DNA of 64,000 nucleotides from a bacterium (GCA_037200965.1 JBBCGK010000001.1:448001-512000); one strand, 5' to 3'; positions 39,128 through 47,603 are shown, numbered from the stretch's first letter. Program-made: numbers and translations. Notes: a model not told the origin generated them from the sequence alone.

Positions 39128-39318
39128 TCAGGTACTTTGTACGAGTAATTCCCCGGCACTATTGGCGTAGAGCACCACAGGCGTCTTGCCGTCAGCGCTT
39201 GAGACAGCCATGAGTGCAGGAACAAAGTTTGCGTCCCGCAGATCGTCTACCGGCCCAAAGTCCGACCCGGTAGTGTCGTCGTCCGCCATAAGCGCATGTG
39301 TTGAAGGGTCAGCAACGA
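39128..39318 (-). pseudogene. partial tandem duplicate of the tail-fibre N-terminus, running into repeat 4
   Basis: ...FVPALMAVSSADGKTPVVLYANSAGELLVQ is paralogous to DVPTLIAASSADGKTPVRLYADPTTHRLLI of the downstream gene. The frame begins inside the 36-mer. Confidence 0.5.
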
Positions 39319-39354
39319 GTTGCACAACCTCCTTTTTACGAACGATCCTGCAGG
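39319..39354 (-). repeat. 36-bp array repeat, copy 4
   Basis: Exact match to the 36-mer. Confidence 0.95.
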
Positions 39355-39451
39355 AGTATGAGTACTGATACCGTCCAATCTGCCATTGAATATGCGCGAC
39401 ACTCGCCGTCGTGACGACGTTGAGTTAAGTCAATGGCGATTTATGTTACTG

Positions 39452-39973
39452 TCACCGGACCGGCACGAACCCTTCGGGAAGAAACTGCGTCGGGTCCTTC
39501 CACGGTTCAATAGCAACTGCTTTGGGGTATTTGCTTATCATGTAAGCATCGGTGCAATACACCAAACTTTCGGGATCATCGTCCGAAGGCTCAAGGCCTG
39601 AAAATTCAACCATCACAGATTTCTGGTTGGTAATTTTTCCAAAGGTGTCAATGAACCGCTTGATTTTGTCAAACTCACGCACAAAATCGTCGGGCTCAAA
39701 TAGATAGGAATACACTACTACTGTATTCTCGCCGACGATCCGTTCGGAACCGTCCTCATTTTTCACGCGGAAACGCCCAGCGGCGAGCGGCAATTGGGTT
39801 ACACCGCCATTGATCCGCACCATAATTTCCATGGCGCTATCGACCCATTTGTCAAAATTTTCAACAGGCTTCTGATCGCGATCTTGGTTAGGCAAATAAA
39901 CTGCAAACCGTTGTACCGATTCAGATGTATCGGCACCTAGCGCGGTCTTGAGGTCAAAATCTACGAGCGCCAT
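39452..39973 (-). CDS. hypothetical protein
   Basis: 173-aa ORF that is AT-richer than the core genome. No confident motif. Confidence 0.45.
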   Translation of the reverse strand: MALVDFDLKTALGADTSESVQRFAVYLPNQDRDQKPVENFDKWVDSAMEIMVRINGGVTQLPLAAGRFRVKNEDGSERIVGENTVVVYSYLFEPDDFVREFDKIKRFIDTFGKITNQKSVMVEFSGLEPSDDDPESLVYCTDAYMISKYPKAVAIEPWKDPTQFLPEGFVPVR

Positions 39974-39994
39974 GATCGCTTCCTATTAGCCATC

Positions 39995-40024
39995 AATGAA
40001 AAGGCCCCATAGCCGGGGCCTTAA
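39995..40024 (-). terminator. rho-independent terminator after the PRTase-like gene
   Basis: Minus sense reads AAGGCCCCGGCUAUGGGGCCUUUUCAUU. Confidence 0.6.
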
Positions 40025-40059
40025 AGTAGGCAAAATGCCAAATTGCAACGCTGATGCCG

Positions 40060-40695
40060 CTACCGCGGTCTTGAAGGTCTCCGAATTCCGAGCACCGTTT
40101 TAGGGTCCCGCTTGATCTTTAGAAACCGTCCAAATCCCGAACGAGCGTCTTCAGGTTTCTCCGCTTGTTGGGAAGCTGAACGAATCGCTGTCACTATCTC
40201 GTTAGCAGCTTCTGATATGGGCGGCAAATTTTGCCGGTTATAGTCGCCTGGCGGGATTCCCGCGTGCTTCTTTTTCATATGATTTTCTCCTGTTTCTTCA
40301 CAGGGTTGCGACCCATCGGTCTCAGCCCCGTGTTGATCGGGAGAAAGCCCTTCAAGAATCGGGCCGCGTACGTCGGTTTCCCAGGTTAAGGCTTCGACGC
40401 GAATATCCTGGCCACGGTCCGTCCTTATGCTTTCGCGATGGGGACCATACCCACATAGTACCACAGCGGCATGCGTAGTCGCGCCCGAAATCTCGTGGAC
40501 TATATCCGCAGCAGCGCCAATACCAGCGCCCGTTACTATCAAGTCATAGACCATCAAGATGCGATCACCGGAAAGCGGTTTGTCTGCCGTTATTGCTACG
40601 CCCTTCGCCCAACGCGTCTCGCGATAGATGCAGGCGGGCAATCCGGTTTCGGCGACGAGGGACGAGAGCATCGAAATCGCGCCGACCGGCCCCAT
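40060..40695 (-). CDS. phosphoribosyltransferase (PRTase) domain protein
   Basis: PRPP-binding motif RILMVYDLIVTGAGIGAAADIV. The start abuts repeat 5 at ~35 nt. Confidence 0.6.
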   Translation of the reverse strand: MGPVGAISMLSSLVAETGLPACIYRETRWAKGVAITADKPLSGDRILMVYDLIVTGAGIGAAADIVHEISGATTHAAVVLCGYGPHRESIRTDRGQDIRVEALTWETDVRGPILEGLSPDQHGAETDGSQPCEETGENHMKKKHAGIPPGDYNRQNLPPISEAANEIVTAIRSASQQAEKPEDARSGFGRFLKIKRDPKTVLGIRRPSRPR

Positions 40696-40729
40696 CTCTT
40701 TTTCGATAAAGCACAATCGCGTAATGCCG

Positions 40730-40765
40730 GTTGCACAACCTCCTTTTTACGAACGATCCTGCAGG
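40730..40765 (-). repeat. 36-bp array repeat, copy 5
   Basis: Exact match to the 36-mer. It cuts into the patatin-like ORF. Confidence 0.95.
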
Positions 40766-41363
40766 AAACCATGAGAGAACCCGAGTTGATCTCGGTGGCC
40801 ACGATCTTCAAAGGCGACAACTCGTTAAATTCCTCATAGTTCAGGTCAGCGAACCGAATTCGATCAGGCACTCCATCGTGATCACGACCATTTGCGGCAT
40901 ATAATTCCCGCATACGTTCTCGAAGAACTGTGTTGATGAATTCACGAATGGGCGTTGTGGTGAAAAAGCCTAAGTGCCGCCATATGCGCAGCATTCCAAA
41001 CGTAACTAGGGGAGCTGTTAAAAAAGACAATAATACACCCCCCAACGCCGTAGCGGACAATGCCCATCGAAGTCCCTGGCGGAGGCGAACAAATCTACGC
41101 CAATCATCAGCCCCCAATAACGTTACGGGGGTCAAGTTATGTAGGCTGAGAATATTTTGATCCCTAATGTCGGGATTCATCAAAGTCGAAGCACTGTATC
41201 CCGCCGCGACTAGCGTTGCCACGATCGCGCCAGCTGACGCCCCGGCTACACCTACGAAGGCGAGCCCATTCTTCGCGGCACCCTCCAAAGCACCAATATG
41301 CGCTATGCCCTTAGCACCGCCACCTTCGAATATGCCAAAGGCTGGCCTCTTAGCGTCCATCAC
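40766..41363 (-). pseudogene. patatin-like phospholipase, C-terminally truncated at repeat 5
   Basis: Oxyanion hole FEGGGAKGIAH and nucleophile elbow GASAGAIVATL are present. The reading frame runs straight into the 36-mer (…EINSGSLMVS|CRIVRKKEVVQ) before any DGG catalytic-Asp motif. Confidence 0.65.
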
Positions 41364-41496
41364 TGTATGTATCCTTTCGCAAATCAGGTCGGGGCCTGCA
41401 CAAACGACAGAACATCGGACAGGCTGGTGAAATAATGAGATACCAGCCTTCGCACATTGCTGTTCCGCATACAGATACAGCAGTTGCTAGTTCAAA

Positions 41497-43068
41497 TCAG
41501 TTCAGTTGCTCCCGCACCAACGAAAGATCGTTGAACAACGTTCTCGTAAGATTCGGGATTTTTTCCAGTTTGTCTGCTTGTATTAACTTCGCCATAAAAC
41601 GAATGCTTCCCTCCACTCGCTCGTCATAGAATATTTCGTGCAGAAACTTCCGCCCCTGCCGCAAATCCGTAGCATCAAACAGAAATTCCAGCTTGGCTTC
41701 GTTATCGACCATAGCAACTGCACGCCAAAAGAATCGAGGAAAATTCGCTGTCAGGAGGCTCTTGCGGACTATCTTGCTTAGGGAGGAGCGCGAAACAATC
41801 TCGCGTTTCAGATCGCTTGGGCCATTCAAAAATATGTCCCACTCGAAACGAGCCATATCACTATTGCTCGATAATTTTTTAAGCATCTCTAAAATATGAT
41901 CAAATGCCAGGATAGCATCGTACACGTCGTCAAATCGGACGCGAATTTTGCTATAGAGCGGCACGAGACACAAATCCGCGCGAGCACGGGTTATCTTCGT
42001 CCCACGCTTTCGAGACCAAGTTGTCGTTATGATGTTAGATGGGCCGCTCAGCTTGATCTCAGAGTATGGGCCGATGCCGTCGTCATGCGCATACAGTTTG
42101 GTTATGCGCGTCGCCCGTAGAAGAAAACCCGTGCGAGGTTCGGGTACTATGGGACCAGTTGTGGGCCCAAGGCCGCTGAGTGCGACCGCGTGAAATGCTC
42201 GTTTGCTTTTCTTGGAGCGTTCTAAGTTGAAGTCAAAACTCAGAATGATCGGAATATTGCCCCTCAAGAATGCATTTGCTGCGGCTTGGATATTGGCTCG
42301 CTCGGGCGTCATAAACAAATCCGCTTCGAGACCGACATTGCGCAAAACGCCAGCCATTTGATCGATATCCAAGCCGTCGTTCGGGAGAGCTAGGCCAGCT
42401 GTTGGCAGCGAAGCAAACGCTCGTTTGGTTATTTCAATAGGTGATAAGATTGGATTGTCATACAAATTCGCCGTGCCATGCAGTGTAGTCCACAGAGCGC
42501 TGGTAGCGCATGCGCCAACCTCTCGGTCTTGTTCTTGAAAAGGCAGCGCACGTACAGGCAGATCTATGCCGAAAAGATTTGGTACATATCCGCGCTCAGT
42601 GAGGAAGCGACTCGATGGATTACTCCCAACCGGCGCCAAACACGTTCGCCCAATGATGGTTTCGGGAAGAGGTTTGACAACTACAAAGCCGTGATATCCC
42701 AAGACGTCGAACCTACACTCACCGCGGCCCGAAACGAAAAGCGCTTCGACCATATCTTTATCGAACGGTTGCCGAAAAAAGTGAATTCGTGAACATTCTT
42801 TCGGATAGTTCGCGTGGCATCTCGCGTAGTATCCTGTATGATCTTCGGCGAAATGCTTGTCGATGTAGTCGCGCTCAAATACAAGAGTTTCGATTTTCGC
42901 GGCTTCACAGTAACGAGCTAGAAAAATGACCTGGGGCTTTTGTGCAATTTGCTCCAGTCTAGGTTTAAATGCTCCGGCAACAAAAAGCGCTACCAAGTTC
43001 TCTCGATTGTACTTGAGTACTTGGTAGCGCTCGCCCATGTGATCTAACTGAATATCCGCGTACGTCAC
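41497..43068 (-). CDS. hypothetical protein with a possible papain-like (C39-type) cysteine peptidase motif
   Basis: 523 aa, AT-richer. The segment EQDREVGACATSALWTTLHG resembles the Q...C motif of C39 peptidases. This is weak. Confidence 0.45.
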   Translation of the reverse strand: MTYADIQLDHMGERYQVLKYNRENLVALFVAGAFKPRLEQIAQKPQVIFLARYCEAAKIETLVFERDYIDKHFAEDHTGYYARCHANYPKECSRIHFFRQPFDKDMVEALFVSGRGECRFDVLGYHGFVVVKPLPETIIGRTCLAPVGSNPSSRFLTERGYVPNLFGIDLPVRALPFQEQDREVGACATSALWTTLHGTANLYDNPILSPIEITKRAFASLPTAGLALPNDGLDIDQMAGVLRNVGLEADLFMTPERANIQAAANAFLRGNIPIILSFDFNLERSKKSKRAFHAVALSGLGPTTGPIVPEPRTGFLLRATRITKLYAHDDGIGPYSEIKLSGPSNIITTTWSRKRGTKITRARADLCLVPLYSKIRVRFDDVYDAILAFDHILEMLKKLSSNSDMARFEWDIFLNGPSDLKREIVSRSSLSKIVRKSLLTANFPRFFWRAVAMVDNEAKLEFLFDATDLRQGRKFLHEIFYDERVEGSIRFMAKLIQADKLEKIPNLTRTLFNDLSLVREQLN

Positions 43069-43529
43069 ACTGTGAACGGGATACGCCGACGGTCAGGAGA
43101 AATCTGGTTGGCTTGTTCTCGACTTTCAATTGCCTTGAGCATTGGCGAAAGACGCTTAGCGACTTGCGCAGTAAGATCAGTTCTGGAGGCCGTCGCCTTG
43201 GACTTGGGCCGTGCAGAACTCTTCGTCTTTTTGTGACGCATAGCGCAACCTCCAATTTCGGTGAGCAGGATGTTGCCCTCAGTTCCAGCCCGGCGGGTAT
43301 AAACTCCAACACGGGGATCAAAATCAAGCTCATGGACTTGACTTCCTGGAACGGGGCCGCCTAGGGCTCCCCTGTAACGAATCAGCCCTGTTCTTAACGT
43401 ACCACGAGCGCCTTCGTATCCCCAATATTTTGTATGTGGATAATCCACCAACACAAGTTCTTTGAATGGTGAGGCTGGCCGTTGCCTTTCCTCAGTGGCG
43501 TCGCCGTCCGTTGACCCAATCGCCTGCAT
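43065..43529 (-). CDS. hypothetical protein
   Basis: 154-aa ORF whose stop overlaps the next gene start (ATGA). Confidence 0.4.
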   Translation of the reverse strand: MQAIGSTDGDATEERQRPASPFKELVLVDYPHTKYWGYEGARGTLRTGLIRYRGALGGPVPGSQVHELDFDPRVGVYTRRAGTEGNILLTEIGGCAMRHKKTKSSARPKSKATASRTDLTAQVAKRLSPMLKAIESREQANQISPDRRRIPFTV

Positions 43530-43668
43530 AACAATTTAATGCCTTCCTTCTGGCAGCAGACCACTAGGAGCGGCAGACGGCCGTTCATTATCAGCGTGGA
43601 TCATTGGCTGGACCGAGCCCCAATCGGTGACTGATTCGTACGGCTAAAGACCGCTCGGGTCAACTAAG

Positions 43669-43704
43669 GTTGCACAACCTCCTTTTTACGAACGATCCTG
43701 CAGG
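43669..43704 (-). repeat. 36-bp array repeat, copy 6 (cas-proximal)
   Basis: Exact match to the 36-mer, 32 nt from the cas2 stop codon. Confidence 0.95.
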
Positions 43705-43736
43705 AGTCCGTGTATATTGAGCGGTAACGCGAATTA

Positions 43737-44033
43737 CTAGACAATCTCAAAGGACTTGATCTTATAATACTCCCCGATAACGGCATCGGCAGTTGAATTA
43801 AGTGCGCATGATTTGCAGGAAGAAAATAGATGCAGCCGATCCCGTTTTCCCGTGAATAGCGATCGCATCTTCATTTCAAATTCCCGGCGCTCCTTAAAGG
43901 AAAGGCGTCCGACGTAGAGAGTCTGTTGAAGTGCGGATAAACCATAGTCCTTTGATAACTTTTCCGCGCGGATCTGGCGCTGCCGATTGGCGGTTCTCCA
44001 GGCGACTATTGCAAGGAAGCATGGATCATTCAT
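43737..44033 (-). CDS. cas2: CRISPR-associated endoribonuclease Cas2
   Basis: 98 aa. FLAIVAWRTANRQRQIRAEKLSKDYGLSALQQTLYVGRLSFKERREFEMKMRSLF..KRDRLHLF fits the Cas2 pattern (l.lv.YDi..rrr.k..k.L..yG.r.Q.Svf.c.l...). It is ATGA-coupled to cas1. Confidence 0.75.
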   Translation of the reverse strand: MNDPCFLAIVAWRTANRQRQIRAEKLSKDYGLSALQQTLYVGRLSFKERREFEMKMRSLFTGKRDRLHLFSSCKSCALNSTADAVIGEYYKIKSFEIV

Positions 44034-45085
44034 GGTGCCGCATATTCAAACGGCACATATAAGGGCGCTTTTTCAAGAAATACCCGGCTTAAGAGCTCGC
44101 TCTGTTCCGTAATGGTATTGCGGAGCGTACGGCGTTTCCCGTGATGGAGGACTTTCGACTCGAGGCGCTTAAGCACCGCCTCAACCACCTTGCTCTTTCC
44201 TTGCGCAGAAAGCCGATATTCGATCTTGCTTACCTGCTCGAAATCGCCGCGCTTGCCAAGTTCCTGAGAAATGAAGAGCGGCATGACTGCAGCGTCGACG
44301 ACGGGGACCCGAAACTCTTCGACCAGATCGAGGACGAGCGCGGGCTTGCCGTAACGCTCGGAATGATAAAGTCCGAGATACGGGTCGAGACCGATATAAA
44401 GGCACGCCCGCTCGACTTCGTTATAGAGGATGCCGTATCCGTAATTAAGAGCGCTGTTGAACTTGTCCCTGCCTTGCGGTATCCGGCCCGGGAACTTAAA
44501 AAGCGATTTCATGCCTTGCCAATAGCGCTCTGCAATGGATCCTTCAAGGCCAAGCAGTTCCTCGTTCACCCGGTTGCTCGGAAGCAGCTTCGCTATCGAC
44601 TCAAAAACCGCCTCCGCCTGCATCCGCTCCTTCGCATTCTCCGCACCGTATCGGTCGGCAAGATGGCGCATAAAGCGGATTTGGTTGCGGCACTTACCGA
44701 CAACGAAGGTACGCGCAAGTTCGAAGGATTTAGCCGGATCGGAGGAAGTCGTAAGCTGTGCGCGGCGCAATGTCGCGAGCCCCTTCGGGTCGCTTGAGAA
44801 AATGCGCCCGACGGGTTTCCCAAATGCGCCGAGATAGACGATATCGACTTCGTGCTCGAGCGCGAGTTGCACCGCATGCATGGAAATGGAGGACGGACGG
44901 AGTATGACGATCTTAGCAAGCCGCCGGACCGGATACTCCTTCTTAACCCGGAGAAGCTTTACCGCAGTTCCCCGCTTGCGACGCCTGCCACCCCCAAGCG
45001 GCTTTCGCGGAACCGGGAGACTGACCGTAATACGCTCGCCCGTCGCGCCGATGAAGCTGCCATAGGTATCTATCAGCAAATCCAT
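44030..45085 (-). CDS. cas1: CRISPR-associated integrase Cas1
   Basis: 351 aa. GRDKFNSALNYGYGILYNEVERACLYIGLDPYLGLYHSERYGKPALVLDLVEEFRVPVVD is the Cas1 catalytic-core signature. N-terminal beta domain MDLLIDTYGSFIGATGERITV. Confidence 0.9.
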   Translation of the reverse strand: MDLLIDTYGSFIGATGERITVSLPVPRKPLGGGRRRKRGTAVKLLRVKKEYPVRRLAKIVILRPSSISMHAVQLALEHEVDIVYLGAFGKPVGRIFSSDPKGLATLRRAQLTTSSDPAKSFELARTFVVGKCRNQIRFMRHLADRYGAENAKERMQAEAVFESIAKLLPSNRVNEELLGLEGSIAERYWQGMKSLFKFPGRIPQGRDKFNSALNYGYGILYNEVERACLYIGLDPYLGLYHSERYGKPALVLDLVEEFRVPVVDAAVMPLFISQELGKRGDFEQVSKIEYRLSAQGKSKVVEAVLKRLESKVLHHGKRRTLRNTITEQSELLSRVFLEKAPLYVPFEYAAP

Positions 45086-45091
45086 GGGGCG

Positions 45092-45120
45092 TATATACTA
45101 CCGCCTTGACCTAGTGTCAA
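45092..45120 (-). promoter_or_regulatory. near-consensus sigma70-type promoter immediately upstream of cas1
   Basis: Minus sense reads TTGACA-ctaggtcaaggcggtag (17 nt)-TATATA. The -10 element ends 6 nt before the cas1 ATG, giving a near-leaderless transcript. Confidence 0.5.
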
Positions 45121-45140
45121 GGATCACGCAACGCCCTCGC

Positions 45141-46571
45141 TTACCCAAGCCTCGGAAACAGATTCTCCGGTTTCTTATTTTCCGTAACCGCCTCTTTTAT
45201 TTTCTCGCTCGTCGACGGCATGAAAGGACTGAGGAAACGGGCAATCCAATAGAGCTCGGCGGCGAGCCCGGCAATGATCGCTCTTCCCTTTTCCGGATCG
45301 TTCTTCACGAGCTTGAACGGCTCTTCGGCCGTGATGCGTTCGTCGGCAGCTTGTATGCGCGCGAATATGTAATCGAGCGCCTGATCGAAACGGAAAGCTG
45401 CGAACGCATCAATATATTCTTTCGGAAACGCTTCCGACGGGGCAGGACGCGCGACCGGCTCCGGAAGGTGCGTCTCGGCAAGCTTCATCACACGCGCGAC
45501 GAGGTTCCCGAGGCCGTTCGTAAGATTCGCGGTATACCACTCATCAAGCCGCTCCCACGTGACATCGGAATCTTCAACCGGATGCACGTGCCGAAGCAGC
45601 ATGTAGCGGGTGGCGTCCGTACCGTATTTCGCAACAAGCTCGCCCGGGCTTATGACATTCCCGAGACTCTTGCTCATCCGCTGCCCGCCGGAATTTATGA
45701 ATCCGTGATAGAAGACCTGATCGGTGTTCTTAATGCCGGCCGAAAAGAGCATCGCCTGCCACATAAGCGACTGGAATCGCACCTGATCCTTCCCTGCCGT
45801 CTGGAGCGTTTGTCCTTCCTCCCAGAACTTCTTGAAATTGCCGTCCGCGTCTCCGGGCCATCCGAGCGCCGAGATGTAGTTCGTAAGAGCGTCGAACCAG
45901 ACGTACATAACCTGCGTATCGTCTCCCGGAACCGGAACCCCCCACGAAAGCCGCGCTTTCTCGCGCGAGATACTGAAATCCTCGAGCCCTCCTTTCACGA
46001 AGCTGAGCGCCTCCTCCCTCCTCCACTCAGGAATTACGACATCCGGACGGGCGAGGTACTCGATCAGGCGGTCCTGATACTTTGAATATCTAAAGAAATG
46101 ATTTTCTTCCGAAATCTCCTGGAGCTCGAGATTTGGGTGGAGCACGCAATGCCCGTCGGCCAGCTCCTTTTCCGTCTTGTACGCTTCGCATCCGACGCAA
46201 TACCAGCCAACATAGGCCTTCTTATATATATCCCCCGCTGCCTCGCACCGCTTCCACATCTCCTCGGCAGCCCTGATATGCTCGGGGCTCGTCGTCCGCA
46301 TGAACCCGTCGTTAGTGAGTGCGAGCGTCTCCCTAAGCGAGCGTACCCGTCCCGCATAGTCGTCGACGTAGGCCTGCACATCCTGTCCTACTTTTTCGGC
46401 TGACTGGAATATCTTTTGCCCGTGCTCGTCGGTTCCAGTCGAGAAAAATACTTCTTCGCCAGAAAGCCGCCAGAAACGCGCAAGCGCGTCGGCCTGCACA
46501 AGCTCGAGCGCGAAGCCGATATGCTGATCGGCATTCACGTACGGAATCGTTGTCGTTACGTATCTCGCCAT
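45141..46571 (-). CDS. metG: methionyl-tRNA synthetase
   Basis: HIGH-type motif (PYVNADQHIGFA) and KMSKS (QRMSKSLGN). CxxC knuckle (WYCVGCEAY...CVLH). Confidence 0.9.
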   Translation of the reverse strand: MARYVTTTIPYVNADQHIGFALELVQADALARFWRLSGEEVFFSTGTDEHGQKIFQSAEKVGQDVQAYVDDYAGRVRSLRETLALTNDGFMRTTSPEHIRAAEEMWKRCEAAGDIYKKAYVGWYCVGCEAYKTEKELADGHCVLHPNLELQEISEENHFFRYSKYQDRLIEYLARPDVVIPEWRREEALSFVKGGLEDFSISREKARLSWGVPVPGDDTQVMYVWFDALTNYISALGWPGDADGNFKKFWEEGQTLQTAGKDQVRFQSLMWQAMLFSAGIKNTDQVFYHGFINSGGQRMSKSLGNVISPGELVAKYGTDATRYMLLRHVHPVEDSDVTWERLDEWYTANLTNGLGNLVARVMKLAETHLPEPVARPAPSEAFPKEYIDAFAAFRFDQALDYIFARIQAADERITAEEPFKLVKNDPEKGRAIIAGLAAELYWIARFLSPFMPSTSEKIKEAVTENKKPENLFPRLG

Positions 46572-47603
46572 TTATGCCGCAAGGCGCGCGCGCTCCCTGC
46601 GCGCCTTGTCAATGTCGCTCACGAACTCCTGGAGAATCGCCGCGAGCGGGACCGAGAGGAAAACCCCGAGGAACCCGGCGAGTTCCCCGCCCGCGATAAG
46701 GGCGACGATGACGAGGAGCGGCGGCACGCCGATGATCTTCTTCACCACGAGCGGGTAGATGAGGTTCGCCTCGAACTGGTTCACGACGACGAAGAGCCCG
46801 GCGACAATGAACGCAAGGGGCGTCCCGCCGAATGTCCAGGCGACGACGATCGCCGGAACCGCCGCGATGAAGGAGCCGAAGACCGGGATGATTTCGCACA
46901 TCGCCGTGAAGATGCCAAGAAGCAGAGCATAGGGAACGCCGAGAATGAGGAGGCCGAGATAGACGAGAATGCCTGCGAGAAGCGACATGAGAAGCTGTCC
47001 CTGCATCCAGAGGCCGATCTTCTGCTGCGAACGCCGCCAGAGGCCGACGACATACTGCTCCTTCGAGACCGGCGTGATGAGGCGTATGAAATCCTCGACG
47101 CCCGACTCCTGCACGGAGAAATAAAACGAGAGGACGATAACGAGGAAGAGCGAGAACGCGCCGCCGAAGAACGCGGCAAGAAGATTGATCGCGCCTTGGG
47201 AACCGGCCGCAAGCCCGTCGCGAAGCGCGAGCAGCTCGCCAAGCACGTTGCCTCCCCCGCCCTGGTCGGTGAGCGAAGCGGGAAGATTCACGCTCTCAAG
47301 ATAGTGCGGGACGCTTGAGAAGAAGCCGCCCGCCTCGTCGAGTATCGGCGGGAAGAAGAAAAACAGCACGATGAACACCGCGCCGAACACGATGAGATAC
47401 ATGGCAAGGACCGCCAACACGCGCGGGAAGCGGTACCGCATAAAGAAATGCACGCCGGGGCGTATCGCCGAGGCGAGGACGACGGCGGTAATGAGGAGAA
47501 GCACGAGGCCCTTGAGCGTCCAGAGGGCATAGGCGCCCGCGGCGATAACGAGCGCCATGAGCATCGTTCCCGGGGTGATGGTGATCGAGAACTGCTTATC
47601 CAT
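46572..47603 (-). CDS. AI-2E family transporter (UPF0118 / PerM-like permease)
   Basis: ~8 TM helices. The conserved ...LLGIFTAMCEIIPVFGSFIAAVPAIVVAW... core. Confidence 0.7.
   Translation of the reverse strand: MDKQFSITITPGTMLMALVIAAGAYALWTLKGLVLLLITAVVLASAIRPGVHFFMRYRFPRVLAVLAMYLIVFGAVFIVLFFFFPPILDEAGGFFSSVPHYLESVNLPASLTDQGGGGNVLGELLALRDGLAAGSQGAINLLAAFFGGAFSLFLVIVLSFYFSVQESGVEDFIRLITPVSKEQYVVGLWRRSQQKIGLWMQGQLLMSLLAGILVYLGLLILGVPYALLLGIFTAMCEIIPVFGSFIAAVPAIVVAWTFGGTPLAFIVAGLFVVVNQFEANLIYPLVVKKIIGVPPLLVIVALIAGGELAGFLGVFLSVPLAAILQEFVSDIDKARRERARLAA

Larger units (their letters stand above)
24550..43704 (-). CRISPR. CRISPR-like array of six identical 36-bp direct repeats adjacent to cas1-cas2, with kilobase-scale gene-bearing 'spacers' (2180, 10933, 1548, 1375, 2903 bp)
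   Basis: Exact copies of GTTGCACAACCTCCTTTTTACGAACGATCCTGCAGG, all in the same orientation, sit at 24550, 26766, 37735, 39319, 40730 and 43669. The last copy is 32 nt from the cas2 stop. There are no short 30-40 bp spacers anywhere. Confidence 0.6.

Noticed and set aside
24550-43704. Interpretation of the 36-bp repeats as integron attC sites, MITE/IS ends, or a conventional CRISPR array split by insertions
   Set aside because: attC sites are imperfect and variable, whereas these are identical. No integrase or transposase accompanies them, and no TIR or TSD structure is seen. A conventional array with insertions would retain some ~35-bp spacers, and none exist. The mega-spacer array therefore remains the best fit. 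Misassembly across repeats is kept as the main alternative.
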